Of a DNA stretch of 64,000 nt, positions 63,972 through 64,000 are shown one piece after another. Positions within the stretch are counted from its first letter, which is position 1. The number at the start of each line of letters is the position of its first letter. Both the position numbers and the translations under genes were made by a program. The stretch covers positions 496,001 through 560,000 of the forward strand of contig AP024664.1 of assembly GCA_024346625.1 (NCBI GenBank). Direction: 5' to 3'. A model generated the notes under the pieces. It ran no database searches and had not been told where the DNA came from. It was given only the letters and a program-made list of their open reading frames with translations. This DNA comes from Williopsis jadinii. Its lineage: Eukaryota.

Positions 63972-64000
63972 GGTGTCCGGGTGTACGAGGTGTACGGATG
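63972..64000 (+). promoter_or_regulatory. Tandem Rap1-like sites at the window edge
   Basis: GGTGTCCGGGTGT and GGTGTACGGATG; probably the promoter of a gene beyond the window. Confidence 0.6.

Noticed and set aside
63972..64000. Possible start of a telomere
   Set aside because: Only two or three non-identical GGTGT units within a housekeeping synteny block; better explained as Rap1 promoter sites, though the window ends here.

Overview
Eukaryotic, budding-yeast (Saccharomycotina) chromosomal DNA, not prokaryotic. It has TACTAAC-type spliceosomal introns and CTG codons at conserved Leu positions (standard code). From memory of the literature, the RPL42 (L41) gene with a 367-nt intron and Pro56 points to Cyberlindnera jadinii (Candida utilis) or a close relative. 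The window holds about 33 protein genes in blocks syntenic with S. cerevisiae: SEC12/SED4-RAD18; PET111?-PSH1-COX7; YSH1-MCM5-SMD2; MRPL50-RSC6/SNF12-THR4-CTR86-PWP2-MPP6-YIH1-TAH1-TVS1; CHS7-RPL42-CBK1-RIA1-DSE2. Eight genes are intron-split and missed or mis-started by the ORF track (PSH1, COX7, YSH1, SMD2, MPP6, FKS3, YNL193W-like, RPL42). There is also an H/ACA snoRNA (snR32 orthologue). The most notable observations are: (1) an unannotated ~800-nt, G-U-rich, multi-helix candidate RNA on the minus strand at 35945-36745 ending in an Sm-like site; (2) an FKS3 intron with a weak donor, a Mer1-like enhancer and upstream MSE sites, suggesting meiosis-gated splicing; (3) an RPL42 promoter carrying both Tbf1/Cbf1 and Rap1/Fhl1 motifs; (4) a COX7 start codon created by splicing; (5) a long Tah1 with an RPAP3-like C-terminal domain; (6) many promoter minisatellites that multiply transcription-factor-like motifs. 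All gene names and helices were assigned by eye; no searches or folding were run.
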